A DNA stretch of 64,000 nt. Source: Candidatus Peribacteria bacterium (lineage in GTDB: Bacteria; Patescibacteriota; Gracilibacteria; UBA1369; LOWO2-01-FULL-3). The translations under genes were made by a program, and so were the position numbers. Under the pieces are notes generated by a model. That model searched no databases and had not been told where the DNA came from. It worked only from the letters and a program-made list of their open reading frames with translations. Location: positions 40,514 through 104,513 of the forward strand of contig CALRGV010000004.1 in NCBI GenBank assembly GCA_943358175.1, written 5' to 3'. This document shows positions 44,244-54,478 of the stretch, piece by piece. Within the stretch, counting starts at the first letter, position 1, and every line of letters begins with the position of its first letter.

Positions 44244-46808
44244 ATGACAAAGCTAACGCCGATGATGGCGCAGTATAGAGAGATAAAAGAGAAATATCAG
44301 GATTGTATTCTGATGTATAGGCTTGGGGATTTTTACGAGATGTTTTTTGAGGATGCTTTGGAAGCTTCGAAGATTTTGCAGATTACGCTGACGGCGAGAA
44401 ATAAAAATGGGGAGAATAGCGCGCCTATGTGTGGAATCCCTTTTCATGCTTTGGAAGGGTATTTGTGTAAGCTGACGAGAGCGGGTAGGAAAGTGGCTTT
44501 GTGCGATCAAATGACTCAGCCGGATGGCAAAGGAATTGTGCAGAGAGAAGTGGTGCGAGTGGTTACTCCCGGTACGACTTTTGATGAAAATATTATTGAT
44601 CAAAAGGCCAATAACTATGTGGCGGCGATAGTGACAGATAAAAGCCGATTTGCTCTAGCTTATGCCGATGTTACTACCGGTGAATTTCGGGTAAGCGAGA
44701 TGGAAAATTATAAAAAACTGGAAGAGGAGCTGATGAGAATTGGGCCGGCGGAATGTATTTTGAACGCGGAACTTTTGGAAGTGATTAATCCCCTTTTGCA
44801 GGGCAAGAATATTTATTTATTTCCCTTTAATTATTTCAAAGAGGCTGAAAGTGAATTGAAAAATCATTTTGGTGTGAAGTCATTGCAGGGATTTGGATTG
44901 GAAGGAAAAAAATTGGCGATTGGGGCGGCAGGCATGCTTTTTGAATATCTTCGTGAGACGCAAAAAACTGAGCTGACGCATATTGGAAAAATAAGTTATT
45001 ACGAGGTGTCGGAATTTATGGCGATGGATGGAGCTTTGATTAGAAATCTGGAACTTTTTTATACCAGCCAGGGGAAAAAAGAAGGCAGTTTGATAAGTAT
45101 TCTAGATCAAACGGTGAGCCCAATGGGCGGACGGATGTTGAGAAATTGGCTGCTGCATCCGCTGCTAGAGAAGACTGCGGTTGAAAAGCGTTTAGGTAAT
45201 GTGGAAAAAATTGCGAAGAATTCCAGTCTACTACGCGAGCTGAGAGATAGTCTCGGTAGAATTTATGACATAGAAAGATTGCTGAGTCGTTTGAGTCTTG
45301 GCAGTGGAAATGCGAGAGATCTAATTGCGATGAAGGAATCGCTGAAAATCATTCCGGGTTTGAAGAATTTAATTCGTGATAATTTTTCGGAATATTTTGG
45401 GGAATTGGATGAGCTGAATGAGTTAGTAGAGCTGATCGAGAAGGCAATTTCAGAGGAGCCGCCGCATACAGTGCGTGAAGGAGGCATGATCAAAAAAGGT
45501 TATAATGCTGAGCTGGATGAGCTATTGGGAATTAGCACGGAGGGTAAAGGTTTCATCGCGGATTTGCAGCAAAAAGAAATAGAAAGAACCGGAATTAATT
45601 CTTTGAAAATAAGATTCAATAGTGTGTTTGGGTATTATATTGAGATCAGTAATACGAATCTGAGTGCGGTGCCGGCTGATTATATTCGCAAACAAACTTT
45701 GGTAAATGCGGAGCGTTTTATTACGCCGGAGCTGAAAGAATTTGAGGATAAAGTTTTGAACGCGGAGACGAGAATTAAAGAATTGGAATATGAACTTTTC
45801 TATGGAGTGAGAATGGAAGTGGTGAAGGAAATTTTGAAAATTCAGACGAACGCGAGAGTTATTGCGGAATTGGATGTGTTGGCTAATTTGGCTTATATAT
45901 CTGTTAAAAACAATTATTGTAAGCCGGAAATCACTGAGGACGTGATGGAAATAAAAAATAGTCGGCATCCGGTAATCGAGCAGTTAAGTTTCGCAAAAAA
46001 CTTTGTGCCGAATGATTGTGTTTTCAATGATAGTAGAAAATTTGGTTTAATCACGGGCCCAAATATGGGTGGTAAATCCACTTATCTCAGACAAGTGGCT
46101 TTGATTGTTTTGTTGGCGCAAATTGGAAGTTATGTGCCGGCGGAAAATGCAAAAATTTCGCTTGTGGATAGGATTTTCACGAGAGTTGGGGCAAGCGATA
46201 ATCTCACACGTGGTGAGAGTACTTTTATGGTGGAAATGAATGAAACTGCTTTTATTTTGAATCATGCTACGGCAAAAAGTTTAATTATTTTGGATGAAAT
46301 CGGACGAGGTACTTCTACTTACGATGGCGTAAGCATTGCTTGGGCAATTATGGAATTCGTGCACGATAAAATTGGCGCGAAGACACTGTTTGCGACTCAT
46401 TATCATGAATTAATAGAATTAGCGGAGAGGCTAGAGAAAGCTGTAAACCTGAGTGTGCTCGTAAGGGAAAACGAGAGAGAAGGCGTAGTATTTTTATACA
46501 AAATTGTGGAGGGCGGAGTGGATAAAAGTTATGGAATTGAAGTGGCAAAATTGGCGGGACTGCCGGTGGATTTAGTTTCCAGAGCGCGAGGCGTTTTGTC
46601 AGAATTGGAAAATAGGCATATTAAAAAGGGCCGCGTGAGTCCGGATCAAATAGAGCTTTTCGAAGATGCGGCTGAGCGTGAACACAGAAAGGTGGAGAGT
46701 ATGGACAGTAAAATTATGGAAGAATTAAAACAAATTGACTTGAATAGTATGACCCCAATTCAGGCGATGCAGAAGTTGTATGATATGAAAAAGAAGTCTG
46801 ATCTGTGA
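44244..46808 (+). CDS. mutS: DNA mismatch repair protein MutS
   Basis: TPMM.QY, GDFYEMF, TGPNMGGKSTYLRQ, GESTFMVEM, DEIGRGTST, FATHYHEL, SYGI.VAKLAG. Confidence 0.98.
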   Translation: MTKLTPMMAQYREIKEKYQDCILMYRLGDFYEMFFEDALEASKILQITLTARNKNGENSAPMCGIPFHALEGYLCKLTRAGRKVALCDQMTQPDGKGIVQREVVRVVTPGTTFDENIIDQKANNYVAAIVTDKSRFALAYADVTTGEFRVSEMENYKKLEEELMRIGPAECILNAELLEVINPLLQGKNIYLFPFNYFKEAESELKNHFGVKSLQGFGLEGKKLAIGAAGMLFEYLRETQKTELTHIGKISYYEVSEFMAMDGALIRNLELFYTSQGKKEGSLISILDQTVSPMGGRMLRNWLLHPLLEKTAVEKRLGNVEKIAKNSSLLRELRDSLGRIYDIERLLSRLSLGSGNARDLIAMKESLKIIPGLKNLIRDNFSEYFGELDELNELVELIEKAISEEPPHTVREGGMIKKGYNAELDELLGISTEGKGFIADLQQKEIERTGINSLKIRFNSVFGYYIEISNTNLSAVPADYIRKQTLVNAERFITPELKEFEDKVLNAETRIKELEYELFYGVRMEVVKEILKIQTNARVIAELDVLANLAYISVKNNYCKPEITEDVMEIKNSRHPVIEQLSFAKNFVPNDCVFNDSRKFGLITGPNMGGKSTYLRQVALIVLLAQIGSYVPAENAKISLVDRIFTRVGASDNLTRGESTFMVEMNETAFILNHATAKSLIILDEIGRGTSTYDGVSIAWAIMEFVHDKIGAKTLFATHYHELIELAERLEKAVNLSVLVRENEREGVVFLYKIVEGGVDKSYGIEVAKLAGLPVDLVSRARGVLSELENRHIKKGRVSPDQIELFEDAAEREHRKVESMDSKIMEELKQIDLNSMTPIQAMQKLYDMKKKSDL

Positions 46809-46950
46809 TAACTTCCCCAAGATTTGGGACCATCGCTGTTTTTGTTATAGACAAACCGTTATTTAAGACACGATGTATTTTTGTTGTCAATTTTATTGAT
46901 TTTGAGCCACTAAGATGCTAGTGTTTTGGTTAATATAACCCTCGTTTTTT

Positions 46951-48192
46951 ATGAAGAAACTTTTAAGTATCTCTGTGATTGCCAGTGCGTTGTTTTTGTT
47001 TGTAGCATGCAATAAATCCGCAGATACTACGGTTACAGTTCAGCCGGACATGAAAACTGCCGAGTTACAAAAGCAGGTGGATGATATGAAAAAGGAGCTT
47101 GAGGCGGTTAAGGCTAAGGAGGGTACTACAACGACTGTAAAAACCGACGAGGTGAAAACTGTCCCCGTAGAGGATAAAGCCGCGATTGAGGCGAAAAAAG
47201 TGGCTGATGAAAAAGCGGCAGCTGAAGCAAAAAAGGTAGCACAACAAAAAGCCGATGACGATGTTGTAAAAAAGGTTAATGCCTATACCGGTGCAAATTA
47301 TATTACTTTAAATACTCCAAAAAATGAGGATAGCTTCCATGAAGATCCTATTGTTTTTACCGGGGTTGTTTCTCCGAATACGAAAAAAATAGTTGTGACG
47401 GCGAGCATTGGTCAGAAAAATTGTGACTTAGCTCCAGAAATGTGCATTTCCTATGTGGAAGATGTTTATCAATTGAGTGATTTTAATTTGGGTGATTCGA
47501 AATTCACCTATAGAGCTGCGGGAAAATGGGGAAATTTATGGAATACCGGTGGTGCTCATACTTTTAATTTCACGGCTACTTTTTGGGATGGAAAAACCAG
47601 TTCAACTTCTGTGAAAATATTTTATTCACAAGGTGGAGCTGAAATGGGCAAGCCGGTCATTTATCTCTATCCGATAGAAACTACTCAAGTATCAGTAAAT
47701 GTGGTTCCTACAAATGGTATTTCAATTTCAGAACCGGAGATTGGTCGTGGATGGAATGTGATCGCAAATGCGGCCGGACAGATTTACAATTTAGCTGACA
47801 ATAAAACTTATCCATATCTTTTCTGGGAAGGTTTTGCGGCTAATTTCCGTACTCCTAGTGAAGGGTTTGTAGTGGCAAAAGCTGATGTAAAAAAATTGTT
47901 TGAAGAAAAGTTGGCAATACTTGGTTTGAATGCTAGAGAGGTTGCTGATTTCGAAGAATATTGGTTGCCAAGGTTGAGTGAAAAACCATATTACTTCATC
48001 ACTTTTGTTCCACAAGCGGAGTTTGATAAATACGCTCCTCTGACTGTAAATCCAAAGCCTGATTCGGTAATTCGTGTCTTCTTTGATTATAAAGGATTGG
48101 ATAAAAAGACCACTGTAGTTGAACAAAAATTGACTCGTGTGGTAAGAAGCGGTTTTGCCGTAGTGGAATGGGGCGGAAGGTTATATAGATAA
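46951..48192 (+). CDS. Lipoprotein with coiled coil, Ig-like domain and C-terminal KPVIYLYP-type domain
   Basis: Lipobox FVAC; KPVIYLYP, YPYLFWEG, EF/DF..YWLP, P.PDS.IRVF, GF.VVEWGG. Confidence 0.8.
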   Translation: MKKLLSISVIASALFLFVACNKSADTTVTVQPDMKTAELQKQVDDMKKELEAVKAKEGTTTTVKTDEVKTVPVEDKAAIEAKKVADEKAAAEAKKVAQQKADDDVVKKVNAYTGANYITLNTPKNEDSFHEDPIVFTGVVSPNTKKIVVTASIGQKNCDLAPEMCISYVEDVYQLSDFNLGDSKFTYRAAGKWGNLWNTGGAHTFNFTATFWDGKTSSTSVKIFYSQGGAEMGKPVIYLYPIETTQVSVNVVPTNGISISEPEIGRGWNVIANAAGQIYNLADNKTYPYLFWEGFAANFRTPSEGFVVAKADVKKLFEEKLAILGLNAREVADFEEYWLPRLSEKPYYFITFVPQAEFDKYAPLTVNPKPDSVIRVFFDYKGLDKKTTVVEQKLTRVVRSGFAVVEWGGRLYR

Positions 48193-48205
48193 AAAGATTT
48201 AAATC

Positions 48206-49795
48206 ATGAAACTACTACGATTAATTGGCCTTTCACTGGCGGTTGTCGTGGTAGTTTTTGGTTGTGGGAGAATCGGTGGCGAAGAAGAAAAACTGAAAAT
48301 TACTTATACCTATCCGGGTGACGTGGAAATGTGGGATCATATTTTCAAAGTAAAGGATCCTTATAAATTTGAGAGCGTGCCGCTGGGTGTAATTTTGCCA
48401 CACCATTTAATTGTGGCTGAAGAGCTGACTGAATTTTATTCGGGGCTTAGCGTTGTGACTAAACCAAAGCTGGTGGTTGTGATCAGTCCAAATCATTATC
48501 AAGATGGTGCTGCCGATATTCAAACCTGCCGGAATTGCGAATTCCAAACAACAAATGGATCGGTGGAGCTGGAGGATGGTTTTGGCAGAAGTTTAGTAGA
48601 TGCTGGAATTGCCGATTTTGAAGATGAAACTTTTATTAAAGAGCATGGAGTTTATAATCATGCGCCATATATTAAGAAGTTTTTTCCGAAAGCTGAAATT
48701 GTACCCATTGTTTTAAAATGGAAAATGCCAAAAGAAAAGGTGGAGTCCCTGGCTGAATGGTTAAATGAAAATTTGCCGGTAGATTCGTTAGTCGTGGCAA
48801 GCGTGGATTTTTCTCATTACATTCCCGTGGAAGCGGCGGATTTCCATGACCATTCGTCGTATGCGACAATTAAAAATTTTGATTATGACAACGTGCATGA
48901 TCTGGAAGTTGACTCCCCTTCTTCAATTTATGCCGTGCTAAAGTTTATGGAAAAGCGTGGCTATAAAAACGCGGAAAGATTTGCGCATACAAATTTGCAG
49001 GACTATGTGTCTCATCGTGAGTCTACTACCAGTCATCAATTTTTTAGTTTTACTAAAGGCGAGGTGGCTGGGGTGAAAAGTGTGACTATAGGGAGCTTTG
49101 GAAATATGCCCGAAGACAACGAGTTAGGACTAAATAAAGGCTGGTTTTGGGATATTAATAAAAAAGATTTAGGAGGTGAAGGAATTCTTAAATTTCTGAG
49201 AGATTTGAGAGGTGAAGAAGATAGATTTTTAGCTGGAAGTGATTTTCTGGTTTTTGATTTGGAAGACGAGAAATGCAGAGTGGAGGAACAAAATTATTTA
49301 AAAATTGCTTTCTGTGAATTCAGTGAAGTAGAGAGTGAGAAAAATTTAGCAGAGCAGTTGAAAAAAATTAAAAAGGAAAAAAATATGGCCGATGCGGTCT
49401 ATGTACTATATCAATTTAAAGATGGAGATAGGCCAAGTTTAACTCAACAGGCTTTGGCTGAAAAATTCACCGAGGCGGGTGTGGATATTTTTATTGGAAG
49501 AGGTTTGGAAGAAATTTCTCCAATTAAAATTTATAAAAAATCCTTGATTTTTTATTCCCTGGGAGATTTATTGAATAATGCCGCTGTCAAAACCAGTAAT
49601 GGTCTGAGTACTGGAATTGTTGTTACGCCGAACAGTTTTTTTGTTTATTTATTTCCGCTAATAATTACAGACGGATATCCAAAATTATTGGATTTTGAGC
49701 AGCGAGCGGATTTTCTGAAAAACTTTGTTAAAAATGTTTCTGCGGATTTGATTAAAGTGGATGAGAAAAAAATGCTGGTGGAAATTAAAAGATAA
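48206..49795 (+). CDS. Lipoprotein-like MEMO (AmmeMemoRadiSam B) domain fused to a degenerate CapA/PGA_cap domain
   Basis: ILPHH, SPNH, EHG, ASVDFSHY; C-terminal AGVD..IG, IFYSLGD. Confidence 0.8.
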   Translation: MKLLRLIGLSLAVVVVVFGCGRIGGEEEKLKITYTYPGDVEMWDHIFKVKDPYKFESVPLGVILPHHLIVAEELTEFYSGLSVVTKPKLVVVISPNHYQDGAADIQTCRNCEFQTTNGSVELEDGFGRSLVDAGIADFEDETFIKEHGVYNHAPYIKKFFPKAEIVPIVLKWKMPKEKVESLAEWLNENLPVDSLVVASVDFSHYIPVEAADFHDHSSYATIKNFDYDNVHDLEVDSPSSIYAVLKFMEKRGYKNAERFAHTNLQDYVSHRESTTSHQFFSFTKGEVAGVKSVTIGSFGNMPEDNELGLNKGWFWDINKKDLGGEGILKFLRDLRGEEDRFLAGSDFLVFDLEDEKCRVEEQNYLKIAFCEFSEVESEKNLAEQLKKIKKEKNMADAVYVLYQFKDGDRPSLTQQALAEKFTEAGVDIFIGRGLEEISPIKIYKKSLIFYSLGDLLNNAAVKTSNGLSTGIVVTPNSFFVYLFPLIITDGYPKLLDFEQRADFLKNFVKNVSADLIKVDEKKMLVEIKR

Positions 49796-49870
49796 AAAGA
49801 AAATCAATGCCCCCTCGTTTGCACTCGGGGCTGAAATCTGCTAGATTTCCGTGGGCTTAACAATTTTAAA

Positions 49871-50404
49871 ATGAAGAAACTTTTAAATACTATTTTAATT
49901 ATTTGTGCACTTTTTTCTTTAGCTGCCTGTAGCAATTCAGATAAGGCAGCTGAGGATGCTGAAAAACAGGCTGAGATTCAAAAACAGGTAGATGAGTTGA
50001 AGGAACAAGTAAGTAAATTAAGGGATGAACAAGCTGGAGTGATTCACACACCACTGGCTGAGAAATTAGTAAAGAAGACAGAAAAAATTGAGGAAAAAAC
50101 TGTCGTGAAAGATACCAATTTAATAACAATTGATACACCGAAAGATAAAGCTGATGTTTCCGGAAATTTGGTGAATTTCGAAGGGACTGTTACGGCGGGA
50201 GCTACCAAAATCGTGGCTAAATCAAGCGCTGATAATGATCCTTATACATTACAAAGTTTCAAGGCCGGTGCTACAAAATTTAATTACAAGGCGAGTCTGA
50301 ATTTCAAAAACTTAAAGTTGGGTCAGAATACTTTTGAGTTCACAGCCTACTTTAAAGATGGTTCTACAAAAATGGCAAATGTAGCGATCAATTTCTCTAA
50401 ATAA
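49871..50404 (+). CDS. Lipoprotein with Ig-like domain, paralogous to the middle of 46951-48192
   Basis: Lipobox LAAC; shared IT..TPK...F.G.V.....KIV, Y.L..F..G..KF.Y.A, F.FTA.F.DG. Confidence 0.8.
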   Translation: MKKLLNTILIICALFSLAACSNSDKAAEDAEKQAEIQKQVDELKEQVSKLRDEQAGVIHTPLAEKLVKKTEKIEEKTVVKDTNLITIDTPKDKADVSGNLVNFEGTVTAGATKIVAKSSADNDPYTLQSFKAGATKFNYKASLNFKNLKLGQNTFEFTAYFKDGSTKMANVAINFSK

Positions 50405-50409
50405 AACTC

Positions 50410-52197
50410 ATGTCGATTATAAAAGTTTTACCGGAGAGTCTGATCAATCAAATTGCGGCTGGAGAGGTTGTTGAAAGACCGGCCAGTGTAGTGAAGGAAT
50501 TGGTGGAAAATAGCATTGATGCGGGCGCGAAAAATATTGTGGTAGAGCTGAAAGATGCTGGTAAAAGTTTCATAAAAATTATTGATGATGGTTTTGGTAT
50601 GACACCGGAAGACCTGGAGTTGGCTTTGCAAAGACATGCGACCAGTAAAATTCGTGACGAGTCTGATTTATGGAAAATTCGTACAATGGGCTTTCGTGGC
50701 GAAGCCCTGGCGAGTATTTCCTCAGTGTCAAAAATGGTTATTCGCAGCAAAACGGCTGATGACCTATCCGGCATGGAGATTCAAATAGTGGGCGGTGAAA
50801 TAAAGGTAAAACAGGAAGTGGGAATGGCCTCCGGAACTCAAATAGAGGTCTATGATTTATTTTTTAATACTCCGGCGCGTCAGAAGTATTTGAAGCAAGA
50901 AAGCACTGAACTAAGCCATATTACGAGTACAGTGAACACCATTGCCCTGGCTCATCCGGAACTTTCTTTCAAGCTGGTGCATAATGAAAAGGTAATTTTT
51001 GATTTGGTGAGAAGCAGTGACTTGATTTCAAGAGTGGCGGATATATTCGGCAAAGCTACGTCCGAGGCGATGCTACCGGTGTTTTATGGTGGTAGTGCCT
51101 TCCAAATTGAGGGATTTATCGGCAAACCTTTGCTGAGTCGCAGCACCACTCAGCACCAATATTTTTTCGTGAATGGCAGACCTATTCAGCATTTTCTTTT
51201 GGCGAATACTATTAAGACCGCTTTTCATTCAATGTTGATGGAGAATAAGAAGCCGGTTTTTATTTTGAGTATTAAAATTGATCCCGCTTTGATTGACGTG
51301 AATGTGCATCCGAGAAAAACTGAAATTCGTTTTGAGGATCAACAAACTTTGATAAAGGTGGTTTATGGTTGCGTTAAAACCGCTTTGGAAAAAAATATTT
51401 TAATTCCAAAAGGGTTTACGGAATCGCAGAGATATATGTCGGATAGTTTTCCGAAGGACGCAGGGAATGGGCGGAATTTTGGAATTAGTGGAGAACAAAA
51501 CGAGCCACTTTTTGATAGTAGAAGTCTGCCTGGACAGACTTTTCAAAGTCAGGACATGGGACAAGTTTTATGGGATAAAAGAGAACCCGGAGGAGTGAAG
51601 GAGAATCAGCCGGAGCAAAGATTCAACATGAAACCTATAGTACAAATATTTAATTCCTACATCGTTGCAGAAAATGAAAATGGACTGGTTTTGATTGATC
51701 AGCACGCGGCACATGAGCGTGTGCGATATGAAGAATTGATTGCGCAATTTGAGAATCAGGAAAAATCCGTGCAGCCTTTATTGATGGCTCTACAGATGGA
51801 ATTGAGCAATGAAGAAGTGGCTTTGATTAAAGAAAATATGGATATTTTCAATGGACTGGGTTTTGAAATTGAGCCGTTTGGTGGAAATACTTTTGTGTTG
51901 CATGCCGTACCCGTGTTTTTGGCGAAAGAGAATATGGAAGAAGTGATAAAAGGTGTGCTTGATGACATTCTAAATCAAAAAAGTACTTCAAAGATGCATG
52001 GGCGCAGAGAAGAAATGCTGACTTATATGTCCTGCAGAAGTGCTATAAAATTTGGCCAGAAGATAAGCCTCCTGGAAATGCAGGCACTACTTATGCAGAT
52101 GGAAAAACTGGAAAGGCCATACACTTGCCCGCACGGTAGGCCGACAATGGTTTCCCTGACTCTAGACGAACTCGGAAAAATGTTTGGCAGAAAATAG
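50410..52197 (+). CDS. mutL: DNA mismatch repair endonuclease MutL
   Basis: NQIAAGEVVERP, ELVENSIDAG, HATSKI, GFRGEAL, DVNVHP.K, DQHAAHERV.YE, CPHGRP. Confidence 0.98.
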   Translation: MSIIKVLPESLINQIAAGEVVERPASVVKELVENSIDAGAKNIVVELKDAGKSFIKIIDDGFGMTPEDLELALQRHATSKIRDESDLWKIRTMGFRGEALASISSVSKMVIRSKTADDLSGMEIQIVGGEIKVKQEVGMASGTQIEVYDLFFNTPARQKYLKQESTELSHITSTVNTIALAHPELSFKLVHNEKVIFDLVRSSDLISRVADIFGKATSEAMLPVFYGGSAFQIEGFIGKPLLSRSTTQHQYFFVNGRPIQHFLLANTIKTAFHSMLMENKKPVFILSIKIDPALIDVNVHPRKTEIRFEDQQTLIKVVYGCVKTALEKNILIPKGFTESQRYMSDSFPKDAGNGRNFGISGEQNEPLFDSRSLPGQTFQSQDMGQVLWDKREPGGVKENQPEQRFNMKPIVQIFNSYIVAENENGLVLIDQHAAHERVRYEELIAQFENQEKSVQPLLMALQMELSNEEVALIKENMDIFNGLGFEIEPFGGNTFVLHAVPVFLAKENMEEVIKGVLDDILNQKSTSKMHGRREEMLTYMSCRSAIKFGQKISLLEMQALLMQMEKLERPYTCPHGRPTMVSLTLDELGKMFGRK

Positions 52198-52319
52198 AGA
52201 GTGCCGGATTAGCACCATCTACTTCGTTGAAAGAAAAATTTTGATCCTCATTTACCTGCAGTAAACTCCGGTCAAAATTTTCCTTCCGCCTCGTATCTGG
52301 TACTAATCCGGCACTCTCT
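52196..52319. repeat. Hairpin/MITE-like repeat, family A copy 2
   Basis: 17-bp perfect terminal IR AGAGAGTGCCGGATTAG/CTAATCCGGCACTCTCT, an inner stem, and motifs shared with 11174-11321. Confidence 0.85.
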
Positions 52320-52336
52320 TCTGATTGCGGATTAAT

Positions 52337-54475
52337 TTATTTCTTCCAAATTCCTGAGAAGTAGCGATCGTAGACGAGATTTGTAGGATAGATAATCTCG
52401 GTAGCGGAATTGATTCTGGCTTCTTTTGGATAGACTGAAAGATTTTCAATTTCAGGATCGGTATGAACGGTTTTAGTGAAGATGCTGCCGCGACTGCCCG
52501 GCTGCTTGTCGGCGATTAATTTGTAATTGGCAGCGGCGTTGTTTAAATCTAAGAGAAAAGGTAGACGATACTTTAAACGCAAATAGGCAGTCTTGCCGGC
52601 TGTTACTTCCATAGTTGTAAAAAAGTAGCTTTTCTTCACATCCTTATCGTATTCCAGCGAAAGATTTGGATCGGTGGAATTCAGCAAAATACTTCCCTCG
52701 GGGACATAAATTTTTATTAAATTTTTATTCCTTCCCCTACCTAAAATATCTATCAAATAATCAGGCATTTCACTAAAACCATAGCTCTGCAAAATCTTTT
52801 TCCATTGGCTGTAAACGGCATCAGTCCATTGATGCTTACGTTTGATAGTTACTTCATCCGTAAGGTTTCCACTCTTATCTATGTAGGTATCATGAAGAAT
52901 ATTTTCTTCCATAAAAAGATCCGACTTAGTGCCTCCGGCGGAAAAATTGATTACACTCAGATAGTCCTCATCCGGCTTGTTTTGGTACATGCGACCACTC
53001 ACGCCCAAAGAGTCAAAAAATCCTTCTATCTCAGCGTCCGCGGAATACATCATGACGTGCTTTTGCTGAATAGCTTTATAAAGATTTGAACCAACCTTGC
53101 TAATATTTTCCTCTTTCATTATTTCCTTTTGAAAAGCCGGAATAAAAACTTTTAAAATGTGTTTGGGATCTACAGGTCCCCAGATTTTTCCTTCGATCAC
53201 ATAGCTCAAAAGGAGGTTATAATTTTCAGAATTTAATTTGCCAAAATTACCAACTTGGATAGGCCCAGTAATGTCCAACATACCCTGTAATAAGCCCTGA
53301 TTGATAGCAATGACGGTATCTACCGTGGGACCTCCTTCCTTGGACAAAAACCACTTAGCCTTGGCAGCCGTAGTGGGAAAATCGGCGGAATAATTACTGT
53401 CGCGAAAACGCCAATTTCCTGTGAATTTTTTCATATAATCCGGTGGTTCAATAACCTGTTTATATGAGCCATCAATATCGTACACATCATGAATGCTTGT
53501 TGTTTTGATAATTCCCTTATCAACATCTATAATCGCATAACTGCCAATGAACCCCCCCGAAGGCCTTATCTCATTATTATTCTGCAAAAGGATGAGGTAG
53601 CGATGTGGGGATTGATCGCCGAGAAGCTTTAGCAAAGCAGGGAAATGACTAGCTGTCGCGTTCAAAGTATCGGCAACGGATTGCACCTGACTTTTCACAG
53701 CTGAGACGCGTGGAGCTATTTCGCCGGGGAGATTGCTTTCTTTCACCGTAGCCAATTCCTGAGAGGCCAAATTTATTTCCTCAATGGCAAAATTTGTTTT
53801 ATTCAAGCCATCTCTGAGTGTATCCGTGAGAGAGGGGCCGGTGCCGGTGGGATTATTGTTTTTGGAAACAAAATAAAGTGGAATTTTATTAAATTCTTCC
53901 AGAGCTTCTAAAAAATAGCTACCCGCCAATGTAAAATGTTCGCCGCCAACTATTAGGGCTTTTACGCTGGAGCCGATGTTGTTTTGAGTGCTGTAGTAGG
54001 ATTTATCCGTACTTAGAAACCAGAGTTCGGTTTTGACTTCATCAAAGTTTTTGATAGCTTTTTTAAAGGCCTCCGAAGCATTATCGAACTGAGTTTTACT
54101 CGCGCTTTTACCGGCATCCATTAGCAAAGAATATCCTTGATAAGCTTCGCTGGAAATATTTTTTTCTATCCTTTTGGTTGTGTAATAAACGTTTACAGTA
54201 TTTACTAATAAGATTATCAGAAAGCCAAAAAAACCAATTTTTAAAAGATTTCCAAGGTGTTTTGGTGGATGAAAATTTTCTCCTCTGACGTAAATAAAAT
54301 GTTTTTCGCTGCTTGATTTTAGATCGCGGACTTCATTGATCGGAGTGTGTTTTTTGTAGAGTTTATGCTGTTTTTCTTTCAAAATCTCACCTTCCAAGTG
54401 ACTCTTTTTATGAGCTTTCAAATTAATATCGTTGATTTGATTTTCCGACTTTATGTCCTGAAGTTTTTTGGACAT
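52337..54475 (-). CDS. DUF4012 domain membrane-anchored protein
   Basis: YLILLQNNNEIRPSGGFIGSYA, RDSNYS.DFPT, GG.KSD, KQPGS. Confidence 0.85.
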   Translation of the reverse strand: MSKKLQDIKSENQINDINLKAHKKSHLEGEILKEKQHKLYKKHTPINEVRDLKSSSEKHFIYVRGENFHPPKHLGNLLKIGFFGFLIILLVNTVNVYYTTKRIEKNISSEAYQGYSLLMDAGKSASKTQFDNASEAFKKAIKNFDEVKTELWFLSTDKSYYSTQNNIGSSVKALIVGGEHFTLAGSYFLEALEEFNKIPLYFVSKNNNPTGTGPSLTDTLRDGLNKTNFAIEEINLASQELATVKESNLPGEIAPRVSAVKSQVQSVADTLNATASHFPALLKLLGDQSPHRYLILLQNNNEIRPSGGFIGSYAIIDVDKGIIKTTSIHDVYDIDGSYKQVIEPPDYMKKFTGNWRFRDSNYSADFPTTAAKAKWFLSKEGGPTVDTVIAINQGLLQGMLDITGPIQVGNFGKLNSENYNLLLSYVIEGKIWGPVDPKHILKVFIPAFQKEIMKEENISKVGSNLYKAIQQKHVMMYSADAEIEGFFDSLGVSGRMYQNKPDEDYLSVINFSAGGTKSDLFMEENILHDTYIDKSGNLTDEVTIKRKHQWTDAVYSQWKKILQSYGFSEMPDYLIDILGRGRNKNLIKIYVPEGSILLNSTDPNLSLEYDKDVKKSYFFTTMEVTAGKTAYLRLKYRLPFLLDLNNAAANYKLIADKQPGSRGSIFTKTVHTDPEIENLSVYPKEARINSATEIIYPTNLVYDRYFSGIWKK

Positions 54476-54478
54476 GCA

